Shown here: positions 9,947 through 19,691 of the stretch, piece after piece
How the letters are laid out: each line of letters opens with the position of its first letter
How positions within the stretch are numbered: position 1 is the stretch's first letter
NCBI GenBank assembly: GCA_045533015.1
Contig: JAZSHB010000016.1
Coordinates: 61-64,060, forward strand
Length of the DNA: 64,000 bases
DNA from: Faecousia sp.
Lineage (GTDB): Bacteria > Bacillota > Clostridia > Oscillospirales > Oscillospiraceae
Direction: 5' to 3'
The notes under the pieces: generated by a model
What the model was told of the DNA's origin: nothing
The model's input: only the letters and a program-made list of their open reading frames with translations
Databases searched by the model: none
Position numbers and translations under genes: made by a program

Positions 9947-10756
9947 GTGGCTGTTATCATAACTGTAATCATACTGCTTTTGACGCTGTATGTCTTGTCC
10001 GTCATGGGACGCACCGGCAACCAAAACCTTCGTAAGCTCCAGGGTTGGGCGTATGCCCACCGTGGGCTGCATGGTGATGGTGTACCGGAAAACAGCATGG
10101 AGGCGTTTCGACGGGCGAAGGCAGCAGGGTACGGTGCAGAACTGGATGTCCACCTGCTGGCAGACGGGAATTTAGCGGTGATTCATGATTCGCTTCTTTT
10201 TCGTACTACCGGTGCCCAGGGGACTGTCGAGGAACTGACTACCCAGCAGCTAAAGGACTACCGCTTGGAGAAAACGGAGCAGACGATTCCTCAGCTGCAG
10301 GAGGTCCTGGAGCTGTTCGCAGGGGAGGCACCTCTGATCATTGAGCTGAAGGCAGTCAACAACAATGTTGCCCAGCTGTGCCAGGCAGCCTGCCGGATGC
10401 TGGAGGATTACCGGGGTGCGTATTGCATGGAATCCTTTGACCCGCGATGTGTTTCCTGGCTGCGAAAAAACCGACCGGATGTTCTCCGGGGACAGCTGAC
10501 AGAAAACTATTTTGCAACACAGAACAGTAAGCTTTCCTGGGTCTTGAAATTTCTGCTAAAAAACCAGATGCTGAATTTCATCACTATGCCGGACTTTGTA
10601 GCCTATCGCTATAAGGACCGTAAAACCGTCAGCAACTGGATATGCAGAAAATTCTGGAATGTACAGGGTGTCACCTGGACGGTAAAAAACCGGGAGGAAT
10701 TTGATACGGCAGTATCCGAAGGCTGGCTGCCTATTTTTGAAGATTTTAGCCCATAA
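9947..10756 (+). CDS. Glycerophosphodiester phosphodiesterase family protein
   Basis: AHRGL, PENS, ELDVH, IHD; N-terminal TM anchor. Confidence 0.9.
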   Translation: MAVIITVIILLLTLYVLSVMGRTGNQNLRKLQGWAYAHRGLHGDGVPENSMEAFRRAKAAGYGAELDVHLLADGNLAVIHDSLLFRTTGAQGTVEELTTQQLKDYRLEKTEQTIPQLQEVLELFAGEAPLIIELKAVNNNVAQLCQAACRMLEDYRGAYCMESFDPRCVSWLRKNRPDVLRGQLTENYFATQNSKLSWVLKFLLKNQMLNFITMPDFVAYRYKDRKTVSNWICRKFWNVQGVTWTVKNREEFDTAVSEGWLPIFEDFSP

Positions 10757-10788
10757 AAAATATGCACCTTACGGTGCATATTTTTTAT
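10755..10788. terminator. Bidirectional terminator
   Basis: AAAAAATATGCACC-tta-cGGTGCATATTTTTT between convergent genes. Confidence 0.75.
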
Positions 10789-11653
10789 GAAGAAATGTGT
10801 CGATCTGCAGTTTGTGTGCTGCGCTGAGCTGCCCCAGCGGAAGTCTGCAGCTGCCGCAGTCAAAGCCTATGCTGCCCATTGCATATTTTACAGGGATCGG
10901 GTTGACCTCACAGAAAAGAAGTCCGATCAGTTCCATAAGCTGGCATTGCAGCGCACCGGCAGTTTCAAAATCACCGGCAAGAGCAGCATTGGTCATAGCG
11001 ACTGTTTCCCGGGGACAGATATTGGAAAGTACGGAGATCACGCCCTGTCCGCCCAGGGAGATGACCGGTACGATCTGGTCGTCATTGCCTGCCCACACGC
11101 AAAATTCCCTGCCACAGGCAGCAAGGGTCCGCGCGTTCTTTGTAATATCTGCACTTGCCTCTTTCACGCCGACAATATTTGGTACGTTGCTCAGCTGCTG
11201 ATATACGGAAACAGGAATATCCACGCCGGTCCTGGAGGGAACATTGTATATAATTACAGGAATGTCCACGGCATCTGCAATGGCTGTAAAGTGCGCGCAT
11301 AACCCTTCCGGATTGCCTTTGTTATAGTATGGAGCGACCACCAACAGTGCATCTGCACCCACTTCCTGGGCAGCGCGGCTGAGGGTAACAGCGTGCATGG
11401 TGGAATTAGAGCCTGTTCCTGCAATGATCTTGCAGTGATTGCCGGCAAAGGCTTTACCTCGCTTAAACAGTTCGATCTTCTCGTGGTCCGAAAGGGTGGG
11501 GGCTTCTCCTGTAGTTCCGGATAAGATCACTGCATCTACACCGGCATCGATCTGTCTGCGAAGCAGCTGCTCCATCAGTGGGTAATTGATCTTATCATCC
11601 AAAAACGGTGTAACCAGGGCAGTACCGACCCCGGAAAAGACGATGTTTTTCAT
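10769..11653 (-). CDS. dapA: 4-hydroxy-tetrahydrodipicolinate synthase
   Basis: GTTGE, YNVPSRTG, GVKEAS, NPIPVK; start after GGAGG. Confidence 0.95.
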   Translation of the reverse strand: MKNIVFSGVGTALVTPFLDDKINYPLMEQLLRRQIDAGVDAVILSGTTGEAPTLSDHEKIELFKRGKAFAGNHCKIIAGTGSNSTMHAVTLSRAAQEVGADALLVVAPYYNKGNPEGLCAHFTAIADAVDIPVIIYNVPSRTGVDIPVSVYQQLSNVPNIVGVKEASADITKNARTLAACGREFCVWAGNDDQIVPVISLGGQGVISVLSNICPRETVAMTNAALAGDFETAGALQCQLMELIGLLFCEVNPIPVKYAMGSIGFDCGSCRLPLGQLSAAHKLQIDTFLHKKYAP

Positions 11654-11768
11654 AAGCTGATACCTCCAGTCCAATCTATGCGGTCAAAGCCTTTTTTGCG
11701 TGTTGCAAAAAATAGAAAAATCGTCTATACTGTAAAAAAACCCTGTGAGCGATTGGAGGATTGCGCCC

Positions 11769-12797
11769 TTGAAGACCCACGATTTTTGGTATGATCTGCC
11801 GGAAGAGCTGATCGCCCAGACGCCCCTGCAGCAGCGGGACACTTCCCGGCTTATGGTCCTGGACAGGGAAAGCGGACAGATCGCACATCGGCATTTTTAT
11901 AATATTGTTGATTATTTACAACCGGGGGATTGCCTGGTAATGAATGATTCCCGTGTTCTGCCCGCGCGGCTTTTGGGGCACAGACCCACAGGCGGTGCGG
12001 TGGAAGTGCTGCTGCTGCGCGACCTGGGGGAGAAAAAGTGGGAGTGCCTGTGCAAGCCTGGAAGAAAAATGCAGCCGGGCAGTGAAGTGATCTTCGGAAA
12101 CGGCGAGCTGTCGGCTGTTGTGACAGATGTATGTGAAGACGGTAACCGTATCGTGGAGTTTTGCTATGAGGGAATCTTCCTTGAGGTGCTCGAGCGCTTG
12201 GGGAAAATGCCCTTGCCGCCTTATATCAAAGCAGAGCTGCAGGACCAGGAACGCTACCAGACGGTTTATTCCAGGGCTGTTGGTTCTGCGGCAGCACCAA
12301 CAGCCGGTCTGCATTTTACAAATGATCTGTTGGACCAGATTCGCGCTAAGGGTGTAAAGACAGCCTTCGTGACGCTGCATGTGGGCTTGGGTACGTTCCG
12401 TCCTGTAAAAGCAGATGAGATCACCGCACATCATATGCACGCGGAGCTGTGCATGATGACGGAGGAAACGGCATCTGTCCTCAATGAAACCAAAAAGACA
12501 GGTGGGCGTGTCGTTTGTGTTGGCACTACCTCCTGCCGTACATTAGAATCGCTGGTCAATGATGACGGCAGCTTTGCGGCAAAGAGTCGCTGGACGGATA
12601 TTTTTATTTACCCCGGTTATCGCTTCAAAGCAATGGATGCTTTGATCACGAACTTCCATCTTCCGGAGAGTACGCTGGTGATGCTGGTTTCGGCTTTTGC
12701 CGGAAGGGAAAAGGTACTGGATGCCTACCGGGAAGCAGTTGAGAAGCGCTACCGTTTTTTCTCCTTCGGTGATGCGATGTATATTGGTGAGGTATAA
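11769..12797 (+). CDS. queA: S-adenosylmethionine:tRNA ribosyltransferase-isomerase
   Basis: [31 protein letters not shown]; TTG start after GGAGGA. Confidence 0.96.
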   Translation: MKTHDFWYDLPEELIAQTPLQQRDTSRLMVLDRESGQIAHRHFYNIVDYLQPGDCLVMNDSRVLPARLLGHRPTGGAVEVLLLRDLGEKKWECLCKPGRKMQPGSEVIFGNGELSAVVTDVCEDGNRIVEFCYEGIFLEVLERLGKMPLPPYIKAELQDQERYQTVYSRAVGSAAAPTAGLHFTNDLLDQIRAKGVKTAFVTLHVGLGTFRPVKADEITAHHMHAELCMMTEETASVLNETKKTGGRVVCVGTTSCRTLESLVNDDGSFAAKSRWTDIFIYPGYRFKAMDALITNFHLPESTLVMLVSAFAGREKVLDAYREAVEKRYRFFSFGDAMYIGEV

Positions 12798-12799
12798 CT

Positions 12800-13930
12800 A
12801 TGTTTCAGGTATTAAAAACGGAAGGAAAGGCACGCAGGGGCGAATTTACCTGCGCCCACGGAACGGTGCAGACCCCGGTGTTTATGAATGTGGGCACCCA
12901 GGGCGCGATCAAAGGCGCACTTAGCGCAAAGGATCTTAAGGATATCGGCTGCCAGGTGGAGCTTTCCAATACCTACCATCTGCATTTACGCCCCGGTGAC
13001 CAGATCGTGAAGGAATGCGGCGGACTGCATAAGTTTATGACATGGGACGGTCCAATTCTGACTGATTCCGGTGGTTTTCAGGTATTCAGCCTTGCATCCC
13101 TGCGAAAGATCAAGGAGGAGGGCGTGACCTTTGCCTCCCATATCGACGGACATAAGATATTTATGGGTCCCGAGGAGAGTATGCAGATTCAGTCCAATCT
13201 GGGCTCAGATATCTGCATGGCGTTTGACGAGTGCATTGAAAATCCTGCGCCAAAGGACTATGTCAAACAAAGCGTTGACCGCACCTATCGCTGGCTTCAG
13301 CGATGTAAGGCGGAAAATGCCCGGCTTAACGCCTTGCCGGATACGGTGAATCCCCAACAGATGCTATGGGGCATCAATCAGGGCGGCACCTATGCGGATA
13401 TCCGCGTGGACCATATGAAGCGCATCGCGGACCTGGACTTGCCCGGCTACGCCATCGGCGGTCTTGCTGTTGGTGAAACGGCCCAGCAGATGTATGATAT
13501 TATTGAGGCAGTGGAGCCGCATATGCCTGCTCATAAGACACGCTACCTTATGGGCGTGGGCACACCGACCAATATTATCGAGGCAGTCGCCAGAGGCGTG
13601 GATTTCTTTGACTGCGTCATGCCGGCAAGAAATGCCCGTCATGCAAGGCACTTTACATGGGAAGGTGCGATCAATCTGAAAAATGCGAAATATCAGAAAG
13701 ACCTGCAGCCAATTGACCCCCAATGTGACTGCCCGGTATGCCGGCGGTATTCCAGAGCTTATATACGGCATCTGTTTGCGGCAGAGGAGATGCTTGCTAT
13801 GCGCCTTTCGGTGATGCACAACCTGTATTTTTACAATAAACTCATGGAAAAGATACGGCTGGCGCTGGATAACGGGACATTCGAGGCGTTTAGATGTGAA
13901 CATTCTGAAAAGTTAAGCCGCAGGATCTAA
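12800..13930 (+). CDS. tgt: tRNA-guanine transglycosylase
   Basis: TDSGGFQVFSL, GGLAVGE, FDCV, CDCPVC zinc site. Confidence 0.97.
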   Translation: MFQVLKTEGKARRGEFTCAHGTVQTPVFMNVGTQGAIKGALSAKDLKDIGCQVELSNTYHLHLRPGDQIVKECGGLHKFMTWDGPILTDSGGFQVFSLASLRKIKEEGVTFASHIDGHKIFMGPEESMQIQSNLGSDICMAFDECIENPAPKDYVKQSVDRTYRWLQRCKAENARLNALPDTVNPQQMLWGINQGGTYADIRVDHMKRIADLDLPGYAIGGLAVGETAQQMYDIIEAVEPHMPAHKTRYLMGVGTPTNIIEAVARGVDFFDCVMPARNARHARHFTWEGAINLKNAKYQKDLQPIDPQCDCPVCRRYSRAYIRHLFAAEEMLAMRLSVMHNLYFYNKLMEKIRLALDNGTFEAFRCEHSEKLSRRI

Positions 13931-13937
13931 AATACCC

Positions 13938-13965
13938 TTGCTTTTTACCCAATGAATGGTATAAT
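13938..13965 (+). promoter_or_regulatory. SigA promoter of yajC
   Basis: TTGCTT-16 nt-TATAAT with extended TG. Confidence 0.6.
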
Positions 13966-14002
13966 AGTCAGGTAAATACAATAAAACAAAGGAGCATTAC
14001 CT

Positions 14003-14392
14003 ATGATACATTTCCTGGAATCTGCAGCGAATCCCGGCACCAGCATGACCTCTACCATTGTCATGCTGCTGGTGATGGTCGGTGTATTTTATTTCATGCT
14101 GATCCGTCCTGAGAATAAGCGTAAGAAGGAAGCGGAGCAGCTGCGTTCTGCGCTGAAGCCCGGTGACGAGATCACCACCATCGGTGGAATTACCGGTAAG
14201 GTCGTCAGCGTCAAGGAGGACAAGTTTGTCATTGAGACCGGTGCTGACCAGGTCCGTATCGAGTTCCAGAAGTGGGCACTTTCTACCAATGACACCGCTG
14301 CAGCTGCGGCTAAGGAAGAAGCCCAGAAGGCAGCAGAGGCAAAGGCGAAGGCGAAGGCTGCTAAGAAGGCAAAAAAGAACATGGATAAGTAA
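14003..14392 (+). CDS. yajC: Preprotein translocase subunit YajC
   Basis: FYFMLIRP, GDEITTIGG; follows tgt. Confidence 0.93.
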   Translation: MIHFLESAANPGTSMTSTIVMLLVMVGVFYFMLIRPENKRKKEAEQLRSALKPGDEITTIGGITGKVVSVKEDKFVIETGADQVRIEFQKWALSTNDTAAAAAKEEAQKAAEAKAKAKAAKKAKKNMDK

Positions 14393-14395
14393 TGA

Positions 14396-14427
14396 AAAAT
14401 TCCCGGGAATTTTCCCGGGAATTTTTA
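14396..14427. terminator. Bidirectional terminator
   Basis: AAAAATTCCCGGGAA-tt-TTCCCGGGAATTTTT between convergent genes. Confidence 0.75.
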
Positions 14428-15654
14428 TGCGCATTTTCTTTGCAGCCAGACGCTTTTAAGCCGGAATAATGTGGAGATTAGCAGGATGCCAACAGCCATA
14501 ACACCTGCGATACAGACCGTGTGCAAACCTTCTGAGACAAAGCTTTCCATATTGCCGTGAATGATGTGACTGGTGGTGTAATAAACACCGGCACCAGGCA
14601 GCAAGGGAAATATAGAGATAAGAAGATACGACAGGGCAGGATACTTACGAACCCGTGCCATTGTCTCAGAATACGAGGCGGCGATCATAGTGGCAAAAAA
14701 GTATGCAGTGATATCATTACCGCACAGCTGTAGAATTAACCGATATGCTACCCAGGTGAGCATTCCACCCAGAGCACAAAGAATGCTGCCTTGACCGTGG
14801 ATGTTAAAAAGAACAGTAAAGCCGGTACAGCAGACCAGACACGCAGCTGCTTCTGCCCAGAGAGAGTGAGAGATAACTGCTGCGCTGGTAGTGATGCCGA
14901 AAAGCGTTTCTGCCAAGCTCCAGGCAGCGCCGGTGCCGAGTGCTATCGCAGCAGCGGTCAAAAGCACCTGAACGATGCGGTTTATGCCGGAATTGGTATC
15001 GCCGTAGATGATATCGCGCATAGCGTTGGTGAAGACTAAGCCCGGAAGCAGGATCATCAGTGTGCCAATAACCACCGCATCTGTTCTACTGCAGAGGTTG
15101 AATGCTCCGGCAAAGTAGGCAAGCAGTGCTGTCAGGAAAGACGAAGCAATAGTGCGAAAAAAAGGATTGACCTTCATGCTGTCCATGAACCGGTTTACAG
15201 CACATGCGGCAATGCCGCAGATGCCTGCACAGAGGCTTTCATTCAATCCACCTCCAAAGAGGATGGAGAAACCGCCGGCGCCCAAAAAACCACCGAGCAG
15301 CTCTGACCATACCGGGTAATGCTTACATAGTGCGTTTGTTTCCTGCAACCACTGGGCAGCCTGCGCCGGGTGTGGTTGTTCCCGGCAGATCCTGCGGCTC
15401 AGCGCGTTGTATTTTTCTACACAGTCCAGATCATTTCCATGATGACCGATCCGCCGCATACGGGTCATAGGCTCGCCCTGCGCCGTTTGTATGCTGACGA
15501 TCAGGCAATTGGGGATGGCAAAGACCTCGGACTTGATTCCGTAGGCATCCATTATGCGGCGGATACTTTCCTCCACCCGAAAGGTCTCCGCGCCACTCAT
15601 AGCGAGACGGTACCCGATCTGTGTGGTTACATCCAGTAAAATATTGTAGTCCAT
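14425..15654 (-). CDS. ThrE-family threonine/serine exporter
   Basis: GAETFRVEESI, LLPG motifs, ~10 TM segments. Confidence 0.85.
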   Translation of the reverse strand: MDYNILLDVTTQIGYRLAMSGAETFRVEESIRRIMDAYGIKSEVFAIPNCLIVSIQTAQGEPMTRMRRIGHHGNDLDCVEKYNALSRRICREQPHPAQAAQWLQETNALCKHYPVWSELLGGFLGAGGFSILFGGGLNESLCAGICGIAACAVNRFMDSMKVNPFFRTIASSFLTALLAYFAGAFNLCSRTDAVVIGTLMILLPGLVFTNAMRDIIYGDTNSGINRIVQVLLTAAAIALGTGAAWSLAETLFGITTSAAVISHSLWAEAAACLVCCTGFTVLFNIHGQGSILCALGGMLTWVAYRLILQLCGNDITAYFFATMIAASYSETMARVRKYPALSYLLISIFPLLPGAGVYYTTSHIIHGNMESFVSEGLHTVCIAGVMAVGILLISTLFRLKSVWLQRKCA

Positions 15655-15660
15655 AGATAC

Positions 15661-16503
15661 TTACTTACGGACAAACAGGACACCCAGCGTGCCGGGACCA
15701 CAGTGGCAGGAAATGGTGCAGCCAGCCTCGGTCCAATAAATGTTTTCAAAGTTTGCGTAAGCGTCAACAGCATTTTTGACTGCTTCCAGGCAATCATCAG
15801 TTACAGGTGTACGGGTCACGAACAGAGTATCCCGTTCCAGATCCTCCCGGTCACTTATGCGGTCCTTAACATAGTTTGCAAGGCACTTTGCGTAGTTGCC
15901 TCTGTATTTCTTTACTACGGACATTTTTCCGTCTCTGACCTCGATACAGGGCTTCAAATTCAAAAGGTTTGCACCCAGCGCTGCGGCAGAGGAGCAGCGG
16001 CCGCCCTTGACCATATAAGCGAGCTGGTCAAGCAGGAAGCTGGCTTCTACCCGGGAGGTAAATGCCTGAACCTGCGCGTGCAGCGCATCCAGGCTTTCAC
16101 AGGTCTGTGCCAGTTCACATGCCTTGAGCACCACCAGTCCCTGACCGGTAGACAGGTTCATGGAATCAATAACGCGGACATTATCAAACTCTTCAGCCGC
16201 CAATCTTGCGTTCTGATAGCAGGAGGAGAAACCGGAGCCAATATTGATATGCAGCACACCGTCGTATTCTTTTGAATATTCCTCAAAATATTTTGAATAC
16301 TCGTCCATATTTAAGGCGGTGGTGGTACACAGGTCGCCACCGGCAGCAACATGGGCAAAGATATCTGCGGGGGTGATGGTCACACCGTCAGAAAATGCTT
16401 CGCCGTTCTTAATAATTGTGAGGGGAACGAGTGTAATGTTGTACTTTTCCAGAAGTTCGGCGGACAGGTCGCAGGTGCTGTCGGAAAGAATTTTGATTCT
16501 CAT
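15661..16503 (-). CDS. DegV/FakB family fatty-acid-binding protein
   Basis: DSTCDL, KGGRCS, HCGPG. Confidence 0.92.
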   Translation of the reverse strand: MRIKILSDSTCDLSAELLEKYNITLVPLTIIKNGEAFSDGVTITPADIFAHVAAGGDLCTTTALNMDEYSKYFEEYSKEYDGVLHINIGSGFSSCYQNARLAAEEFDNVRVIDSMNLSTGQGLVVLKACELAQTCESLDALHAQVQAFTSRVEASFLLDQLAYMVKGGRCSSAAALGANLLNLKPCIEVRDGKMSVVKKYRGNYAKCLANYVKDRISDREDLERDTLFVTRTPVTDDCLEAVKNAVDAYANFENIYWTEAGCTISCHCGPGTLGVLFVRK

Positions 16504-16527
16504 AATGTATTTCTCCTTATATAAAGT

Positions 16528-16896
16528 TCAGTTAGACTGGTTTGTGGCAATTTTGCTCATCATAAAACAGTTTGGTTCTATATTTTTGCTTTGCAGATAA
16601 CCCGAGCCCCAGTCACGCATTGCGATCAGGACAGGCATCAGACTTTTGCCCAGTTCAGTCAGAGAATATTCTACCCGGGGTGGGATCACCGGGAAAACCT
16701 CCCTGTGGATCAGCGATTGTGCTTCCAGCTCCCGAAGCTGTTGGGTAAGCATTTTTGGCGTTGCGCTGCTGATCGCCTTGCGCAGCTGGGAAAAACGCAG
16801 AGTGCCTTCCGACAAATGCCAGAGGATCAACGCTTTGTATTTGCCGCCAATCAAGTCCAATGTGGTCTCAACCGGACAGTGGTTGCCATTACCCAT
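16528..16896 (-). CDS. HxlR/DUF24 family transcriptional regulator
   Basis: CPVETTLDLIGGKYK, LTQQLRELE, PPRVEYSLT. Confidence 0.93.
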   Translation of the reverse strand: MGNGNHCPVETTLDLIGGKYKALILWHLSEGTLRFSQLRKAISSATPKMLTQQLRELEAQSLIHREVFPVIPPRVEYSLTELGKSLMPVLIAMRDWGSGYLQSKNIEPNCFMMSKIATNQSN

Positions 16897-16925
16897 GAAA
16901 ACACCTCCCTAGTACCCAAAAGGAT

Positions 16926-16977
16926 AGTATGGAACAAAAATGTACATACTTGTATTTTTTGCATCCTATGCTAAAAT
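16926..16977 (+). promoter_or_regulatory. Candidate operator and copA promoter
   Basis: AGTATG-13 nt-CATACT inverted repeat abutting TTGTAT-16 nt-TAAAAT (extended TG). Confidence 0.45.
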
Positions 16978-17026
16978 AGTAGCATAAAAGCCGATAAGTG
17001 TCAATAAAACGAACAGGTGATAAAAT

Positions 17027-19498
17027 ATGGTATTAAAATTTAATATTACTGGGATGACCTGTGCTGCCTGCTCTGCCCGGGTGGAGAAGGTGACAGGTCA
17101 GGTTGCCGGCGTACAGAAGGCAGATGTCAATCTGTTGGCTGGCACGATGACCGTGGAGACTGACGGTGAGGTGACTGCTGCGGCGATCATTGAAGCAGTC
17201 ACCGCTGCGGGCTACGGCGCTTCGGAGCAGGGGAAGAAAAAAACGGAAAAAAAGGTGGATAGCGGACTTCAGGAAATGAAGAAAAGAATTATTGTGTCCG
17301 CGGTTTTTCTCCTGGTCCTTATGTACTTTACTATGGGGCATATGGTAGGTTTGCCTGTACCCGGGTGGTATCACGGAATTGAAAACGCGCTGGTGGCAGC
17401 GCTGGTGCAGCTTTTTCTGACGCTGCCTGTGGTGGTCCTCAACCGCGTGTACTACACAAGGGGATTTAAGGCGCTTGTAAACCGTGCACCCAATATGGAT
17501 TCGCTGATCGCTGTGGGTTCCGGTGCAGCACTGGTCTATGGTGTTGTAGCGTTGCTGCGTATGGCGTATGGCATGGGACATAATGATTGGGAAACGGTGC
17601 GGCTGTATAGTGAAAACCTGTATTTTGAATCTGCTGCAATGATCCTTACGCTGATAACGCTGGGAAAATTCCTGGAAACAAGAGCCAAAGGAAAGACCGG
17701 GGATGCAATACGCCAGCTGATGGACCTGAGCCCAAAGACTGCGATCGTTCGGGACGACGACGGGAACCAAAGAGAGATCCCGATCGAGGAGGTCCGTGTT
17801 GGAGATGTGGTGATCGTTCGTGCCGGTTCCAGTATTCCGGTTGACGGAACGGTGCTGACCGGGCGTGCTGCTGTGGATCAAAGCGCCCTGACCGGTGAAA
17901 GTCTGCCGGTTGAAAAGGCAGTGGGGGATACAGTGGCAGCATCCACGATCAATACCGAGGGCTATCTGGAACTGCGTACAGATAAAGTAGGGGAGGATAC
18001 AACCCTCTCTCAGGTCATCCGCATGGTAGAGGAGGCAGGAGGCTCAAAGGCACCCATTGCCCGTCTGGCAGATAAGATCGCAGGGGTATTTGTACCTGTG
18101 GTCATGACGATCGCGGCGGTTGCCTTTGCGGTATGGATGCTGGCAGGGCAGACGCTGGAGTTTGCGCTTACGTCAGCCATAGCGGTACTGGTCATATCCT
18201 GTCCCTGCGCCTTGGGTCTGGCAACTCCGGTAGCGATCATGGTCGGTACCGGTACGGGTGCAAGAATGGGTGTTCTGTTCAAGAATGCGGAAGCTCTGGA
18301 AAATCTCCACAGAGTCAACACGGTTGTGGTGGATAAGACTGGCACGCTGACCACCGGAAAGCCTGCTGTCACAGATATTCTCCCCGGAGAAATGGATGAA
18401 AAACAGCTGCTGCGCATTGCGGCAGCTCTGGAGACAAAGTCGGAGCATCCCTTTGCCACAGCGATCATGGAGAAAAACGGTGCGGCAGCTTATCCGGCTG
18501 CGGAGGATTTCGAGACCTTGCCCGGACGGGGTGTTTGTGCCAAAATAGACGGTGTGCAGTATTATGGCGGCAACCGCCGCCTGATGGAGGAGCTGGGTGT
18601 TACAGTCCCGCAATACCCGGAGCTGGCACAGCAAGGAAAGACGTTGCTCTATTTTACCGACATGCAGCGTTTTTTGGGCGCCATTGCGGCAGCGGATGTA
18701 CTCAAAGCGGATTCCCGGGAAGCGGTGGATGCTATGCACAGGCTGCAGCTTGATGTGGTGATGCTTACAGGTGATAATAGGGTAACAGCCGGAGCTATCG
18801 CGGAAACCGCAGGGATACACCATGTGATTTCCGATGTTCTGCCGGGCGACAAGGCAGCGGCTATCGAAAGCCTGCGCGCCCAGGGACGAAATGTCTTGAT
18901 GGTGGGTGACGGTATTAACGATGCGCCTGCATTGGTGACAGCAGATGTTGGTATGGCGATCGGCGCAGGGACCCAGATCGCGATCGAGTCAGCAGATATC
19001 GTTCTGATGAACAGCTCGCTGACAGGTGTCTGCCGTGCCATTGAGCTGAGCAAGGCGACGATTCGGAATATCCGCCAAAATCTTTTTTGGGCATTCTTCT
19101 ATAACAGCCTGGGCATACCCATTGCTGCAGGGGTTTTATATCCTGCTTTCGGCATTCAGCTGAGCCCTATGCTGGGTGCAGCGGCAATGAGCCTTAGTTC
19201 TGTGTTTGTTGTTACGAACGCATTGCGGTTGCGGCTTTTTAAGCCTAAGACGGCAGGAGTAGTTCCCGCAGAGGAAAAAATTCGCAAGGAGGAAAATATA
19301 ATGCAAACGGTTATCAAGGTAGAAGGTATGATGTGTCCCCACTGCAAGGCACGGGTGGAGAGCGCGTGTAAGGCAGTAGCCGGCGCAGAAGATGCGGTGG
19401 TAGATCTGGAGGCGAAGCAGGTCACAGTGACCGGGAACGCACCGGTGGAGCAGCTGAAAAAGGCGATCACCGAAGCTGGCTACGAGGTTGTTGAATAA
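17027..19498 (+). CDS. copA: Cu(I)-translocating P1B-type ATPase
   Basis: N- and C-terminal CxxC HMA domains, TGES, CPC, DKTGT, YN and MSLSS motifs. Confidence 0.93.
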   Translation: MVLKFNITGMTCAACSARVEKVTGQVAGVQKADVNLLAGTMTVETDGEVTAAAIIEAVTAAGYGASEQGKKKTEKKVDSGLQEMKKRIIVSAVFLLVLMYFTMGHMVGLPVPGWYHGIENALVAALVQLFLTLPVVVLNRVYYTRGFKALVNRAPNMDSLIAVGSGAALVYGVVALLRMAYGMGHNDWETVRLYSENLYFESAAMILTLITLGKFLETRAKGKTGDAIRQLMDLSPKTAIVRDDDGNQREIPIEEVRVGDVVIVRAGSSIPVDGTVLTGRAAVDQSALTGESLPVEKAVGDTVAASTINTEGYLELRTDKVGEDTTLSQVIRMVEEAGGSKAPIARLADKIAGVFVPVVMTIAAVAFAVWMLAGQTLEFALTSAIAVLVISCPCALGLATPVAIMVGTGTGARMGVLFKNAEALENLHRVNTVVVDKTGTLTTGKPAVTDILPGEMDEKQLLRIAAALETKSEHPFATAIMEKNGAAAYPAAEDFETLPGRGVCAKIDGVQYYGGNRRLMEELGVTVPQYPELAQQGKTLLYFTDMQRFLGAIAAADVLKADSREAVDAMHRLQLDVVMLTGDNRVTAGAIAETAGIHHVISDVLPGDKAAAIESLRAQGRNVLMVGDGINDAPALVTADVGMAIGAGTQIAIESADIVLMNSSLTGVCRAIELSKATIRNIRQNLFWAFFYNSLGIPIAAGVLYPAFGIQLSPMLGAAAMSLSSVFVVTNALRLRLFKPKTAGVVPAEEKIRKEENIMQTVIKVEGMMCPHCKARVESACKAVAGAEDAVVDLEAKQVTVTGNAPVEQLKKAITEAGYEVVE

Positions 19499-19562
19499 AG
19501 TCCGTTTTATTGTACAGTAAGTGCGGTATATTGTTGCCATAAAGACTGAAAGGGTGATGGCG

Positions 19563-19691
19563 ATGTATACCATATGCAATGTACACGGACATATTCAGGT
19601 TTATGATATGGAGGGTGCCTTCCTGTTTTCTGCGGACAGCGAGAAGGAGGCAAGAGAGGAGCTTGCGGAACATGAGAAATCTGCGGCTTGA
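19563..19691 (+). CDS. Small protein, 42 aa (not in ORF track)
   Basis: MYTICNVHGHIQVYDMEGAFLFSADSEKEAREELAEHEKSAA*, preceded by GAAAGGGTG RBS; overlaps truA start. Confidence 0.6.
   Translation: MYTICNVHGHIQVYDMEGAFLFSADSEKEAREELAEHEKSAA

Noticed and set aside
14396-14427. Tandem/palindromic TTCCCGGGAA repeat as a recombination site or CRISPR seed
   Set aside because: Two units only, with A/T tails between convergent genes; a bidirectional terminator explains it
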